NCBI GenBank assembly: GCA_041651015.1 | Contig: JBAZKA010000004.1 | Location: forward strand, 1,010 to 65,009 | DNA length: 64,000 nucleotides | Source: Patescibacteria group bacterium | GTDB lineage: Bacteria > Patescibacteriota > Patescibacteriia > Magasanikbacterales > GWA2-37-8 | Reading direction: 5' to 3' | Shown: in pieces, positions 44,932 through 54,303 of the stretch | Numbering within the stretch: the stretch's first letter is position 1 | How the letters are laid out: every line of letters begins with the position of its first letter | Position numbers and translations under genes: made by a program | Notes under the pieces: generated by a model | Database searches by the model: none | Told to the model about the DNA's origin: nothing | What the model saw: only the letters and a program-made list of their open reading frames with translations

Positions 44932-45422
44932 GTACGAAATACGAAAGCTACGAAAAGTACGAAAAAATAAATTCAAATTATGGAGGGGCAACATCAATTA
45001 AGACGCATGGATTTATTATATCCGGACTTATCTTATATAATTAACGGAATTTTATTTAGTGTCTATAGACAACTTGGCGGCGGTCACAAAGAATCATATT
45101 ACCAAAAAGCCGTCGCTACTGCTTTACGGGACAAGGGCATTAAATTTGTTGAACAATACTATGTTCCGCTTAAATATAACAATCAGATCGTTGGAAAATA
45201 TTACTTGGACTTTTTGATTGAAGATAAAATAGTATTGGAATTAAAACGAGGAAAATATCTCGTGGCAAAAGTAATTGATCAAACAAATCAATATTTAAAA
45301 ACTCTTAATCTCCAACTCGCAATTATCGCCTGTTTTACCTACACAGGAGTTACTCCAAAAAGAATAATAAATATAAATAATCATTAACTTTCGTAATTTT
45401 CGTAGCTTTCGTATTTCGCACA
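44932..45422. mobile_element. Inverted-repeat-bounded cassette carrying a GxxExxY nuclease-like gene, filling the lemA-htpX intergenic space
   Basis: Left arm gtacgaaatacgaaagctacgaaaagtacgaaa (44932-44964). Right arm tttcgtaattttcgtagctttcgtatttcgcac (45390-45422) is its near-perfect reverse complement. Same arms occur empty at 8025-8105. Confidence 0.45.
44980..45387 (+). CDS. GxxExxY family protein (PD-(D/E)XK nuclease superfamily)
   Basis: QLGGGHKESYYQKAVATAL contains the family-defining G-x-x-E-x-x-Y motif. About 130 aa, typical size. Later ...YLDFLIEDKIVLELKRGK fits a PD-(D/E)XK core (D...E.K). Confidence 0.6.
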   Translation: MEGQHQLRRMDLLYPDLSYIINGILFSVYRQLGGGHKESYYQKAVATALRDKGIKFVEQYYVPLKYNNQIVGKYYLDFLIEDKIVLELKRGKYLVAKVIDQTNQYLKTLNLQLAIIACFTYTGVTPKRIININNH

Positions 45423-45428
45423 TAAAAT

Positions 45429-46328
45429 ATGTACTCTGAAATTTCCTCCAACAAAAGAAAATCAGTTTTGCTCGCGTGTATTTTTATCGCCATCATTATT
45501 TTCCTCGGCTGGATTTTTGACTATATTTATGGCGGGGGGCAAAGCTATAGCGGTATGATTTTTGCGATTCTTATCGCCCTTGTCATGACCATGATCTCAT
45601 ATTTTTCCGGAGACAAAATCGCTCTGGCCACGACCGGCGCCAAAGAAATTCAGCACGACGATAATAAATATTTATTTCACCTGGTGGAGAATCTTTGTAT
45701 CACCGCCGGCACGCCCATGCCGAAAATTTATGTAATTAATGACCCGGCCATAAACGCTTTTGCCACGGGGCGCGACCCCAAACACGCGTCCATCGCCGTA
45801 ACCGCGGGTGCTCTGCAAAAATTAACCAACGAAGAACTGGAAGGCGTAATTGCCCACGAATTATCCCATGTCAAAAATTATGACATCCGTTTTATGATGC
45901 TGGTCGCGGTTATGGTCGGGGCCATTTCCATTTTCGCCGACATCATGCTCCGCTCGGGCGGAATTTTCCGCGGCGGACGTGACAATGACCGCGAAGGCGG
46001 GTCGTCGCTTTTCGCGATTCTCATGATTGTCGGGATTATCCTCGCAATTTTGTCGCCAGTAATCGCTGAATTGATCAAACTGGCCATTTCGCGCAAACGC
46101 GAATATCTGGCCGATGCGTCGGGCGCTCTGCTCACCCGCTATCCCGAAGGGCTGGCCAGTGCTTTGCAAAAAATCGGCGATGAGAATCAGCCGATGAAAA
46201 AATCTTCTTCAGCCACGGCGCATTTATTTATTGCCAGCCCGTTTAGCGGAAAAAAATTAAAGAGTATATTTTCCACCCATCCACCCATTGAAGATAGGAT
46301 AAATAAATTACGGATGATGGGGAATTAA
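45429..46328 (+). CDS. htpX: Zinc metalloprotease HtpX (M48)
   Basis: HELSHVKNYD HExxH motif, multiple TM helices, C-terminal FSTHPPIEDRI. Confidence 0.9.
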   Translation: MYSEISSNKRKSVLLACIFIAIIIFLGWIFDYIYGGGQSYSGMIFAILIALVMTMISYFSGDKIALATTGAKEIQHDDNKYLFHLVENLCITAGTPMPKIYVINDPAINAFATGRDPKHASIAVTAGALQKLTNEELEGVIAHELSHVKNYDIRFMMLVAVMVGAISIFADIMLRSGGIFRGGRDNDREGGSSLFAILMIVGIILAILSPVIAELIKLAISRKREYLADASGALLTRYPEGLASALQKIGDENQPMKKSSSATAHLFIASPFSGKKLKSIFSTHPPIEDRINKLRMMGN

Positions 46329-46404
46329 AAAATGTAAAAAAAATTGGCGAAGTCCGCAGATGGAACTCGCCTTTTATGTTTGCGGGTTTAAGAAAGAACT
46401 CGGA

Positions 46405-46608
46405 TTATAGTCTTCTCACCGCGTGGAGAATATCGTCATCCCACGTGTCCACTGGGTCATCATCGCTGTCGCGATAGATGTCCTCGGACACATTCGGAAT
46501 CGCGTCGAACAGGTTATGTTCGGCCGCCCGCGTCAAGTGGCCTCTCCACCCCAGATCATTCATCGGCCTTACTTTTGCGCGCGCGTCATTCGCAGATTTT
46601 TCTCCCAT
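46405..46608 (-). CDS. Small hypothetical protein (67 aa, acidic C-terminus) in a GC-rich islet
   Basis: Strong SD GAGGAGGGG 5 nt upstream of the ATG on the minus strand. Local GC about 55%. Confidence 0.4.
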   Translation of the reverse strand: MGEKSANDARAKVRPMNDLGWRGHLTRAAEHNLFDAIPNVSEDIYRDSDDDPVDTWDDDILHAVRRL

Positions 46609-46632
46609 CTCACCCCTCCTCTTAACGCGGAA

Positions 46633-46866
46633 TCATTTTTCCGCGGTTGTTGAACCGCAGAGCATCATGGAAACGATCTTCTCTGCGCTGGGAATCCCCA
46701 ACAGATTACTTGCAATCCGCATTATTTCAGCGAGAGAAGCCCTTGCTGACGATGTGTCCGGAACAACGCTCCGCACCGGCAGTAAAACCGGTTGTCTCAA
46801 AACGATCCGGCCATGGGCGCCCCGATATTTACCGTGACCAGAAGACAAGTTTTGTCTTTTTCCCAT
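46633..46866 (-). CDS. Small hypothetical protein (77 aa) in a GC-rich islet
   Basis: Strong SD GAGGAGGG upstream of the second Met (MGKRQNLSSGHGKYRG...). Putative promoter TTGACA-17-TAAATT on the minus strand at 46933-46905. Confidence 0.4.
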   Translation of the reverse strand: MGKRQNLSSGHGKYRGAHGRIVLRQPVLLPVRSVVPDTSSARASLAEIMRIASNLLGIPSAEKIVSMMLCGSTTAEK

Positions 46867-47032
46867 TTGCGTCCCTCCTCTTTTTTGTTTTGCAAACAAG
46901 AGTCAATTTATCACATTTTAGTATAGCTGTCAATCCAGTAGAATGCCTACGGCCTCTACTGGACAAACAAAAACACCCGCCAATGAGGCGAGTGCCCAAA
47001 ACATTCCCAATCTAAGTTTGTTTATTATCTAA

Positions 47033-47527
47033 TCATTTTTCTTCATCGGAACCGACAACCAAGATCTTTCCGTTAACACGGATAATGACTGATTCGCGCA
47101 AAAAAATATTTAAATCTGTTGGCACGAGACCCCTTTTTTCAATTCCCGCATCAGTAATTGATACTTTCCAAATCGGAATAGTCGGTTTCCATTTATCCGG
47201 ATCAATTTCTTCCGGGGCTAAATTATAATTATCGCCATCTCTCCGAATAAATATGCGCTGTCCGCTTCTGGATGATACAGTGATATTTCTCGGCATTTCT
47301 ACCGGCCAATCTTTCATGTCCGGCGGATTCTTTATATGCCGACCGGGCTCCACCAATTCATCGCCTCCGGCGATTTTTTTATAATTCCGCTCTGCTTTTG
47401 CCCACAAATTTTCCAAAGTCGTCAAAATCATGCGCGCCTCGCGTTCGCGGGATTCTCCCGCTTCCCTATCATTCAATTTTGCCAACTCCTCCGGTGACAG
47501 TGGCGGAATTGATTCTTTTTCGGACAT
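47033..47527 (-). CDS. Hypothetical protein (164 aa)
   Basis: Clean ORF, 6-nt gap to the upstream ORF, so a two-gene operon. No family recognised. Confidence 0.5.
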   Translation of the reverse strand: MSEKESIPPLSPEELAKLNDREAGESREREARMILTTLENLWAKAERNYKKIAGGDELVEPGRHIKNPPDMKDWPVEMPRNITVSSRSGQRIFIRRDGDNYNLAPEEIDPDKWKPTIPIWKVSITDAGIEKRGLVPTDLNIFLRESVIIRVNGKILVVGSDEEK

Positions 47528-47533
47528 ATAAAA

Positions 47534-47878
47534 TTATTTTTTCTTCGGGCGGATTCGTCCGCGCACTACCGCGCCGAATAATTTATCAAATACCCGGACT
47601 TTGCGCACGGTATTGCGTTCGTTTTTAAGATACACCTCGCCTTCAAAACGGTCAATTTTGGTCACAATGTATTCAAAAGCGCGCATGTCCTCGCCGAGTT
47701 TGGCTTTATAAACATTTTTTAATTTAATCCCAGCGGTTTTTATCCGGTCGGCTATCTTTTGCTTCATCTCGTTCGCGACATCAACTAAGCCGTCTGCCAC
47801 TTTGCCAAAGGCGTCAGCCCGGCGTTTCTGCCAAGCACTGTCTTTGTTGCCTATTTTTCTGTGTTGTTTGATGGACAT
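47534..47878 (-). CDS. Hypothetical basic protein (114 aa)
   Basis: Clean ORF, Lys/Arg-rich. No family recognised. Confidence 0.5.
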   Translation of the reverse strand: MSIKQHRKIGNKDSAWQKRRADAFGKVADGLVDVANEMKQKIADRIKTAGIKLKNVYKAKLGEDMRAFEYIVTKIDRFEGEVYLKNERNTVRKVRVFDKLFGAVVRGRIRPKKK

Positions 47879-47909
47879 AATCTTATTACTTAGTAATTAA
47901 CAAAAATTT

Positions 47910-48356
47910 TTAACAATTTGGCGGTTGATGACCAAATTTATTGCGATATATTTTAATATCGGTCGCGCTCGGCAAGGTCAGTTGATAATTTTCCACTTCA
48001 CACAATTCAATCCATTTTATTCCCGTACATTTTTCCGGTTCCATTATCTTCGGCTCGCCGAATTTATGCCGCGCGATAAAAGTGGGCGAAACCCAATGTT
48101 GTTTTTCTTCGGGCAAAATATGATCAATCACCTCCAGTAATTCTAAAATTTCAATTTCCATGTCAAACTCCTCTCTAATCTCTCTCATAATAGCGTCAAC
48201 GCATTTTTCTCCATGTTCAACCGAACCGCCGGGAAAATCCCACTTGCCGGCCTCGTTCCTGGCTTTGGGCCCGCGTTGAGCAATAAACACTTGTCCGCGG
48301 TCATTAAAAATAATTGCGCCCGTACCCACGCCGATATAATCAATTCCTTTTTGCAT
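47910..48356 (-). CDS. NUDIX hydrolase
   Basis: Nudix box GGSVEHGEKCVDAIMREIREEFDMEI (GX5EX7REUXEEXGU). Confidence 0.8.
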   Translation of the reverse strand: MQKGIDYIGVGTGAIIFNDRGQVFIAQRGPKARNEAGKWDFPGGSVEHGEKCVDAIMREIREEFDMEIEILELLEVIDHILPEEKQHWVSPTFIARHKFGEPKIMEPEKCTGIKWIELCEVENYQLTLPSATDIKIYRNKFGHQPPNC

Positions 48357-48358
48357 AA

Positions 48359-49717
48359 TTATTCTCTAATAATACTACTCACTTCATCGGTTTTTTCTTT
48401 CATCACTGCTTCGCTCCGCGCTTCCAAATTCAAACGCACCAAAGACTCGGTATTGGAACCACGCACGTTAAACCAAAAATCCGGATAGGTAAAAGTCAAA
48501 CCGTCTAAATCATTTATTTCGGCATCGGAAAATTTTTCTTTGAGCCGGGTAAAAACTTTTTCCTTGTCCGCGCCTTTAAAATTTATTTCACCAGAATGAA
48601 AATATTTTTTGAGCGGTCGCGCGTAATCGGCGAGAGATAAATTCGTCTCGGATAATTCCAAAAGTAATTTCATTATAACAACCATCGGCGCTTCATAAAC
48701 TCCGTGCGGAAATTTCACGAAAAAATGTCCGGATGATTCACCTCCAAACACCGCGCTGGTTTCAATCATTTGTTTTTTAATGAGTGAATGTCCCACACGC
48801 GTCACGCTCGGGATTCCGCCGTTCTCGCGAATCATATCCTCGGTGATTTTACCCGGCCGGATGTCATAGCAAACGGTCGCTCCGGGATTGTCGCGCAAAA
48901 ATATTTTGGCCATAATCCCGCGCAAAATCGCGGGTTCCAACATGCTTCCCTCGTTGTCAATAAAAAATATCCGGTCGCCGTCGCCATCAGTAGCAATGCC
49001 CAAATCCGCACCCTCGGCCAACACGCGCTTTTTCAAATCCGCTGTATTTTCCTCTTGAAACGGGTCGGCCTGATGCGCCGGAAAAGTTCCATCCAAGGCA
49101 AAATTCATTTTGATGAGTTCCACTTGGGGCAAGTCCGCGAATAATTTTTCCAAATAATCCGCGCCCATGGCATTGGCCGTGTCCACCACAATTTTGAATT
49201 TCTTTATTTTGGATAAATCAATCCCCTGTTCTTCGTATTTCACTTGTTCATCCGTAATTCCATCGTATTTCTTTATTATTCCTTTTTCGGCCGGTTCAAC
49301 TGCTGTAAAATTCTCCACTTCTGATTGCAATTCTTCCATGCCACAGCCTGCGCCAAACGGCACGGCGCTCTCGCGCGTGATTTTGATACCATTGTATTCT
49401 TTGGGATTGTGCGAGGCCGAGATAATCATCCCGCCATCGGCTTTAAGTTCGCAAACCGCGAAATAAAAAGTCGGTGTGGAAGCTAGGCCGATATCAATCA
49501 CGTCCGCGCCTTGGTCAATCAACCCGCGGATCAAGGCTTCGCTCAAACCTGGCGATGACAAACGCATGTCGCGTCCGGCCACGATTATTATTTTTTCTTT
49601 TTGCAATTCTTTTTGGCGCATTTGGGCAAAAGCGCGCGCGGTTTTGTAGGCAATATCCTCGGTCAATTCCGTGCCATAAATTCCGCGGATATCATAGGCT
49701 TTAAAAATGTTGGACAT
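48359..49717 (-). CDS. Phosphoglucomutase/phosphomannomutase family protein
   Basis: Active-site loop SASHNPKEYNGIK, metal-binding DGDGDR, sugar-binding GGESSGH. Start placed at MSNIFKAYDIRG (ATG 49717) instead of the longer TM-like extension in the ORF track. Confidence 0.85.
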   Translation of the reverse strand: MSNIFKAYDIRGIYGTELTEDIAYKTARAFAQMRQKELQKEKIIIVAGRDMRLSSPGLSEALIRGLIDQGADVIDIGLASTPTFYFAVCELKADGGMIISASHNPKEYNGIKITRESAVPFGAGCGMEELQSEVENFTAVEPAEKGIIKKYDGITDEQVKYEEQGIDLSKIKKFKIVVDTANAMGADYLEKLFADLPQVELIKMNFALDGTFPAHQADPFQEENTADLKKRVLAEGADLGIATDGDGDRIFFIDNEGSMLEPAILRGIMAKIFLRDNPGATVCYDIRPGKITEDMIRENGGIPSVTRVGHSLIKKQMIETSAVFGGESSGHFFVKFPHGVYEAPMVVIMKLLLELSETNLSLADYARPLKKYFHSGEINFKGADKEKVFTRLKEKFSDAEINDLDGLTFTYPDFWFNVRGSNTESLVRLNLEARSEAVMKEKTDEVSSIIRE

Positions 49718-49796
49718 AACGTGTTTTTTCTTTACATTAAGGTAATTTTTTGCTATAAATACTATAGCAAATATAAATTGAAATAGCAAAAAAATT

Positions 49797-52301
49797 ATGA
49801 ATATCCTTGACCGATTCTCCACCCACCTCAAAGAAATCATCGCCCGCGCTATGCAAATCGCGGCTGAACTCAAAAATCCGGAAGTTGAACCGCTTCATTT
49901 GTTGTTCGCCATGATGAATGAAAAAGGCTCGCTTGCGTCCGAAGTGCTCGGCCGTTTCAAACTGGATTTGAAAATTTTGGAACAAATGCTTTTGGCGATC
50001 TCGCCGGAGTCAGATGTTCAGAAATTATCCGGAAGAAAAAATATTGATCAGATTCAAATGCCGCCCCTCTCATCCCTGGCCAAATTGTGTTTGGAAAAAG
50101 CCATGATTGCGGCGCAAAAGAATACCCACAGCCACCTCGGCTCCGAGCATTTGCTCTTTGCTCTCCTGGATTTAGACGACCAGAAATTAAACGAATATTT
50201 TAAAGTGGCCAATGTAAAAGTTGACGCCTTGCGCAAAGAAGTGGAAGGATTATTTGCTTCATCAGCTCAATTCCCCGACCTGGCCGAAGTGTCCGAAGCC
50301 ATGGAAGATATTCAAGATAATTTTCTCCCGCCTCAGATGAGCCTGCCGCGCAAACACCGCGGAAAAAATGAAGAATCGGCTTTAGATTATTTTAGTATAA
50401 ATTTGACCGACCCGAAAAACCAAAAAAATATTGATCCGGTCATCGGACGGGAAGTTGAAATTGAACGCCTGATTCAAATTTTATCCCGCCGAACAAAAAA
50501 TAATCCTATTCTGCTCGGCGACCCGGGCGTAGGCAAAACCGCCATCGTGGAAGGATTGGCCAAAAAAATTCTGGAAGGAAAAGTGCCGGATGAATTACGC
50601 CGAAAAAAAATATTTTCCGCTGATTTGGGTTTGCTCGTCGCCGGTACGATTTACCGTGGCGAATTTGAAGCCCGCCTCAAAGAATTAATTGATGATGCGA
50701 GCAAAGACCCGGACGTAATTTTATTTATTGATGAGATTCATAACATTGTCGGCGCCGGTTCGTCCCAAGGTTCCATGGACGCGGCCAACTTGCTCAAGCC
50801 GGCTCTCGCCCGCGGGCAAATTCATTGTATCGGTTCCACCACGCCCGCGGAATTTAAAAAATTTATTGAAAGCGACGCTGCTTTGGAACGGCGGTTCATG
50901 CCGATTTTCGTACGCGAACCGTCAATTGACGAGGCCAAACAAATTTTACTCGGCCTGAAAAAGAATTACGAAGACTTTCACCGCGTGGACATCTCGGACG
51001 AAGCCGTGAACGCAGCCGTGGAATTATCCGCCCGATATATTTCGGGGAAATTTTTGCCGGACAAAGCGATTGATTTGTTGGATGAAACAGCCGCGGCCAA
51101 AAAATTATCCGTGGGCAATTCCCGAGAAGAAAATCAGCTCGCGGAAATGCGTGAAAAATTCCGCAGTATAAATTCCCAGAAAGAAAAAGCCGCGCTCGGC
51201 GACAATTTTGCCGAGGCCCTGAAATTGCGTGATGAATCAACCGCGCTTATTCGTGAAATTGGCAAATTGGAAAAAGTGTTGGAAAAACAAAAAAGTAAAC
51301 ACATCGCTCAAGTGGTTTTGGATGACGTGATCCGCCAAGTGGCGCGCGTCACAGGCCACCAGCCGGCCGAGCTGATTGCGGACAACCGCAAAAAATACGA
51401 CAATATTTTGCGTGAAATCAAAAAATCCGTGGTTGGACAAGATTCGGCCGTGGAATATTTGGTCGCGCATATCCGCCAAGCCGACCTCGGACTGTCCGAC
51501 CAAACACGGCCGTCCGCTTCTCTGCTTTTTGTCGGGCCGTCGGGCACAGGTAAAACCGAAACCGCCAAAACCTTAGCCAAAGTTTTATTCCCGGGACAAG
51601 ACGCGTTAATCCGTTTGGATATGTCCGAATTCGGTGAATCATATGGCGCGTCCAAATTACTCGGTTCACCGGCCGGTTATGTGGGCTACAAAGAAGCCAA
51701 TCAATTCACTGACCGGCTCAAACTCCACCCATATTCCGTTGTATTGTTTGATGAAATAGACAAGGCTCATCCGGATATCTTGAAACTTCTTTTACAGATG
51801 CTTGAGGAGGGAGAAATTACCGATGCCACGGGCAAGAAAATTTCCTTAAAACATGCTATAATAATATTAACCACTTCTTTTGGCGCGGACGAGCTGAAAA
51901 AGGGCAATTTTGGTTTCTCTACGGGAGCGTCAAGTACACAGGGTAGCGCTGAACGGATACGTGAAAAATTAAAAGAGCGCTTCTCCCCCGAACTGATCAA
52001 CCGGCTGGACCAAATTTGTTTATTTAATGAATTAACCCCGGAGAATCTGGCGCAAATCGCCGGGCTGGAAATCGCGGCTCTGAATGAACGCCTGAAAAAA
52101 TATCGCACGGCCGTGGCCGCAAGTGGAATAGTTTTACAAAAATTTATTACCTCATTGGAAATAAAATCCGCCAACGCGCGCGATATCAGGCGCAGAGTTC
52201 GCGCGGACATAGAAAAATTCTTGGCCGACATTATCGTGAAAGGCGCGCCAAAAAAATCCTATTCTCTGCAAATAAACAAAAACGAATTAAGCTTGAAATA
52301 A
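49797..52301 (+). CDS. clpC: ATP-dependent Clp protease ATP-binding subunit (ClpC/ClpB family AAA+ chaperone)
   Basis: Clp N-domain repeats. Two Walker A boxes (GDPGVGKTAIVEGLA; FVGPSGTGKTETAKTLA). 834 aa fits ClpC-like length. Confidence 0.9.
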   Translation: MNILDRFSTHLKEIIARAMQIAAELKNPEVEPLHLLFAMMNEKGSLASEVLGRFKLDLKILEQMLLAISPESDVQKLSGRKNIDQIQMPPLSSLAKLCLEKAMIAAQKNTHSHLGSEHLLFALLDLDDQKLNEYFKVANVKVDALRKEVEGLFASSAQFPDLAEVSEAMEDIQDNFLPPQMSLPRKHRGKNEESALDYFSINLTDPKNQKNIDPVIGREVEIERLIQILSRRTKNNPILLGDPGVGKTAIVEGLAKKILEGKVPDELRRKKIFSADLGLLVAGTIYRGEFEARLKELIDDASKDPDVILFIDEIHNIVGAGSSQGSMDAANLLKPALARGQIHCIGSTTPAEFKKFIESDAALERRFMPIFVREPSIDEAKQILLGLKKNYEDFHRVDISDEAVNAAVELSARYISGKFLPDKAIDLLDETAAAKKLSVGNSREENQLAEMREKFRSINSQKEKAALGDNFAEALKLRDESTALIREIGKLEKVLEKQKSKHIAQVVLDDVIRQVARVTGHQPAELIADNRKKYDNILREIKKSVVGQDSAVEYLVAHIRQADLGLSDQTRPSASLLFVGPSGTGKTETAKTLAKVLFPGQDALIRLDMSEFGESYGASKLLGSPAGYVGYKEANQFTDRLKLHPYSVVLFDEIDKAHPDILKLLLQMLEEGEITDATGKKISLKHAIIILTTSFGADELKKGNFGFSTGASSTQGSAERIREKLKERFSPELINRLDQICLFNELTPENLAQIAGLEIAALNERLKKYRTAVAASGIVLQKFITSLEIKSANARDIRRRVRADIEKFLADIIVKGAPKKSYSLQINKNELSLK

Positions 52302-52302
52302 T

Positions 52303-52977
52303 ATGGCGATTGACGAGGCGGACGAAAAACTTGAAAAAGAACGGACAGATGCCGCGCGCCTCGCCGAGGTACGCGCCGCCGACCGCCATCGCGCCGAGGT
52401 TGCCATGCAATCTCAAAACGAGGAGCGCAATCGCGCGCCATCCACCAATGAAGAATTTCCGGAACTGGTGAGGCAAACCGAATATGGCGGCATACAAAAT
52501 GAATCCATTGATGAAAATCAAGACGAGGACACGGAAGATGAAAATTCCGAAGAAGGACAACCGGGAACACAGCAAACATCACGCGACATTGCCAACGCGG
52601 CCGCCCAACAAGACCGCGTCAGCCGAATGTCAAACATACAATCCGGTTCCAGAAAACGAGAACAAGAAATTAAAAGAAGATCCGAGCGACGCGTCGTTGA
52701 AATGCAAAATGACACCAAAAAACAACAAAAAATCGCCGAGGCCGCGAATATTTCTTGCTTCAAACTCGCCGTCGGCTGCATCTTGTGGATCATTCCGTTC
52801 TTTGGTTGGGCCGTCAAGATAATTATACGCATTAGGGATACCAAGGCGCGAATTGACGCGGCCAAAGCCAAAATCAAAATCGCAAAACTGGAAGAGGATA
52901 TTAAAAAAGAAAAGAAAAAAATGCAAGACGACCTGAAAGAAATGCAACGACAAGCGGTGCAACAAATGCAAAAATAA
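52303..52977 (+). CDS. Hypothetical acidic/charged protein with one TM and a C-terminal coiled coil
   Basis: Starts 1 nt after the clpC stop. TM CFKLAVGCILWIIPFFGWAV. KARIDAAKAKIKIAKLEEDIKKEKKK coiled coil. Confidence 0.5.
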   Translation: MAIDEADEKLEKERTDAARLAEVRAADRHRAEVAMQSQNEERNRAPSTNEEFPELVRQTEYGGIQNESIDENQDEDTEDENSEEGQPGTQQTSRDIANAAAQQDRVSRMSNIQSGSRKREQEIKRRSERRVVEMQNDTKKQQKIAEAANISCFKLAVGCILWIIPFFGWAVKIIIRIRDTKARIDAAKAKIKIAKLEEDIKKEKKKMQDDLKEMQRQAVQQMQK

Positions 52978-53022
52978 ATAGAACTCAACCGCACGCTAAA
53001 ATATAAACAGGGAACAGTTGCC

Positions 53023-53065
53023 GAACTTTACAAACTTTATAACTTTACAAACTTTATAACTTGAT
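53023..53065. repeat. AACTTTAYAA repeat array abutting the start codon of the 53067 gene
   Basis: gaactttacaaactttataactttacaaactttataacttg. Paralogous to 13519-13558. Confidence 0.55.
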
Positions 53066-53066
53066 T

Positions 53067-54299
53067 ATGTCAGATAGAACAAAAAGAATTTTACTAATCG
53101 TTGCGCTTCTCACCGTCACCGCTCTGCTTGCTTTCGCACTTTATTATTTTTTCAAACAAGCCGGACCTCTCGCTGAAGTGACTCCGGGCGAACAAGGCGC
53201 CACCACGACCGGCGTCGGAGCCGGACTACCCTCGGCCGGCGGACGCGCCACCACGACCGGCGAAGGCGGCGGCGCCACCACTACTTTGCCAATTGCCGGA
53301 AATATCCCGAGTGCGTCACAAAGTTATTATCGCACGCAAGCAGTCACCAAAATCGCCAATGTTCAAACCACTTATAATTCAGCGGACAAATCCGGCGGCA
53401 TGCGTTATTACAATGCTAATGACGGAAAATTTTATCGCGTAAACGCGGATGGCACTATCACGGCCATGAGCGATACAGTATTCAATAATGTTTCCAATGT
53501 CACTTGGGCCGATGGCGCGGACAAGGCTGTGCTGGAATATCCGGACGGATCAAACATTGTTTATAATTTTGAGACGCAAAAACAAGTGACCCTGCCCAAA
53601 CACTGGGAAGATTTTTCATTTTCGCCCGACAGCACGCAGATTGCCGCCAAATCAGTGGGTTTATCCGAAGAAAATCGTTGGCTCGTCACGACTAATGATG
53701 ATGGCTCGGGCACACAGTTGTTGGAAGCGCTGGGAGAAAATCAAGACAAAGTGGTCGTAGATTGGTCGCCCAGCCGGCAGGCTGTGGCCTTTGCCTTTAC
53801 CGGCGATCCCTTGGGTACTTATCGCAAAGAGGTTTTACTTGTCGGCTTGAACGGAGAAAATTTCAAATCCCTGACGGTTGAAGGTATGGGCTTTACTTCA
53901 CAATGGTCGCCAACCGGCAAAAAATTATTATACAGCGTTTACAGCCCGCGCACGGATTTGAAGCCCGAACTCTGGATTACCAATTCTTATGGCAACGACA
54001 TTGGTTCCGGACGCACCAGTCTGGAAATAGAAACCTGGCCGAGCAAATGCACTTTTGCCGGAGACAGTACGGTTTATTGCGGCGTGCCACAGACCTTATC
54101 CCAAGGCGCGGGAATTTCCCCGGCCATTGCCGCCGGCACCACTGATGATTTATACAAAATTGATTTAACCACCGGATTAAAAACAAAAATCGCGACCGAT
54201 GGTACTTATTCCATCAGCACGATTTCTTACGACGAGACAAACAAACGTTTACTCTTTACCGACGCCAACCAAAGCGGCGTGTTTGAAGTAAGTTTATAA
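53067..54299 (+). CDS. Secreted beta-propeller (TolB/PD40-like) protein
   Basis: N-terminal TM/signal, Thr/Gly-rich linker, repeated Y/W-containing blades (..WADGADKAVLEYPDGSNIVYNF.., ..DWSPSRQAVAFAF.., ..QWSPTGKKLLYSVY..). Confidence 0.5.
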   Translation: MSDRTKRILLIVALLTVTALLAFALYYFFKQAGPLAEVTPGEQGATTTGVGAGLPSAGGRATTTGEGGGATTTLPIAGNIPSASQSYYRTQAVTKIANVQTTYNSADKSGGMRYYNANDGKFYRVNADGTITAMSDTVFNNVSNVTWADGADKAVLEYPDGSNIVYNFETQKQVTLPKHWEDFSFSPDSTQIAAKSVGLSEENRWLVTTNDDGSGTQLLEALGENQDKVVVDWSPSRQAVAFAFTGDPLGTYRKEVLLVGLNGENFKSLTVEGMGFTSQWSPTGKKLLYSVYSPRTDLKPELWITNSYGNDIGSGRTSLEIETWPSKCTFAGDSTVYCGVPQTLSQGAGISPAIAAGTTDDLYKIDLTTGLKTKIATDGTYSISTISYDETNKRLLFTDANQSGVFEVSL

Positions 54300-54303
54300 A
54301 ATT

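Noticed and set aside
46423-47015. Plus-strand ORFs in the GC-rich islet (76, 119, 122 aa)
   Set aside because: No RBS and junk-like composition. The minus-strand ORFs have strong SDs and a promoter.
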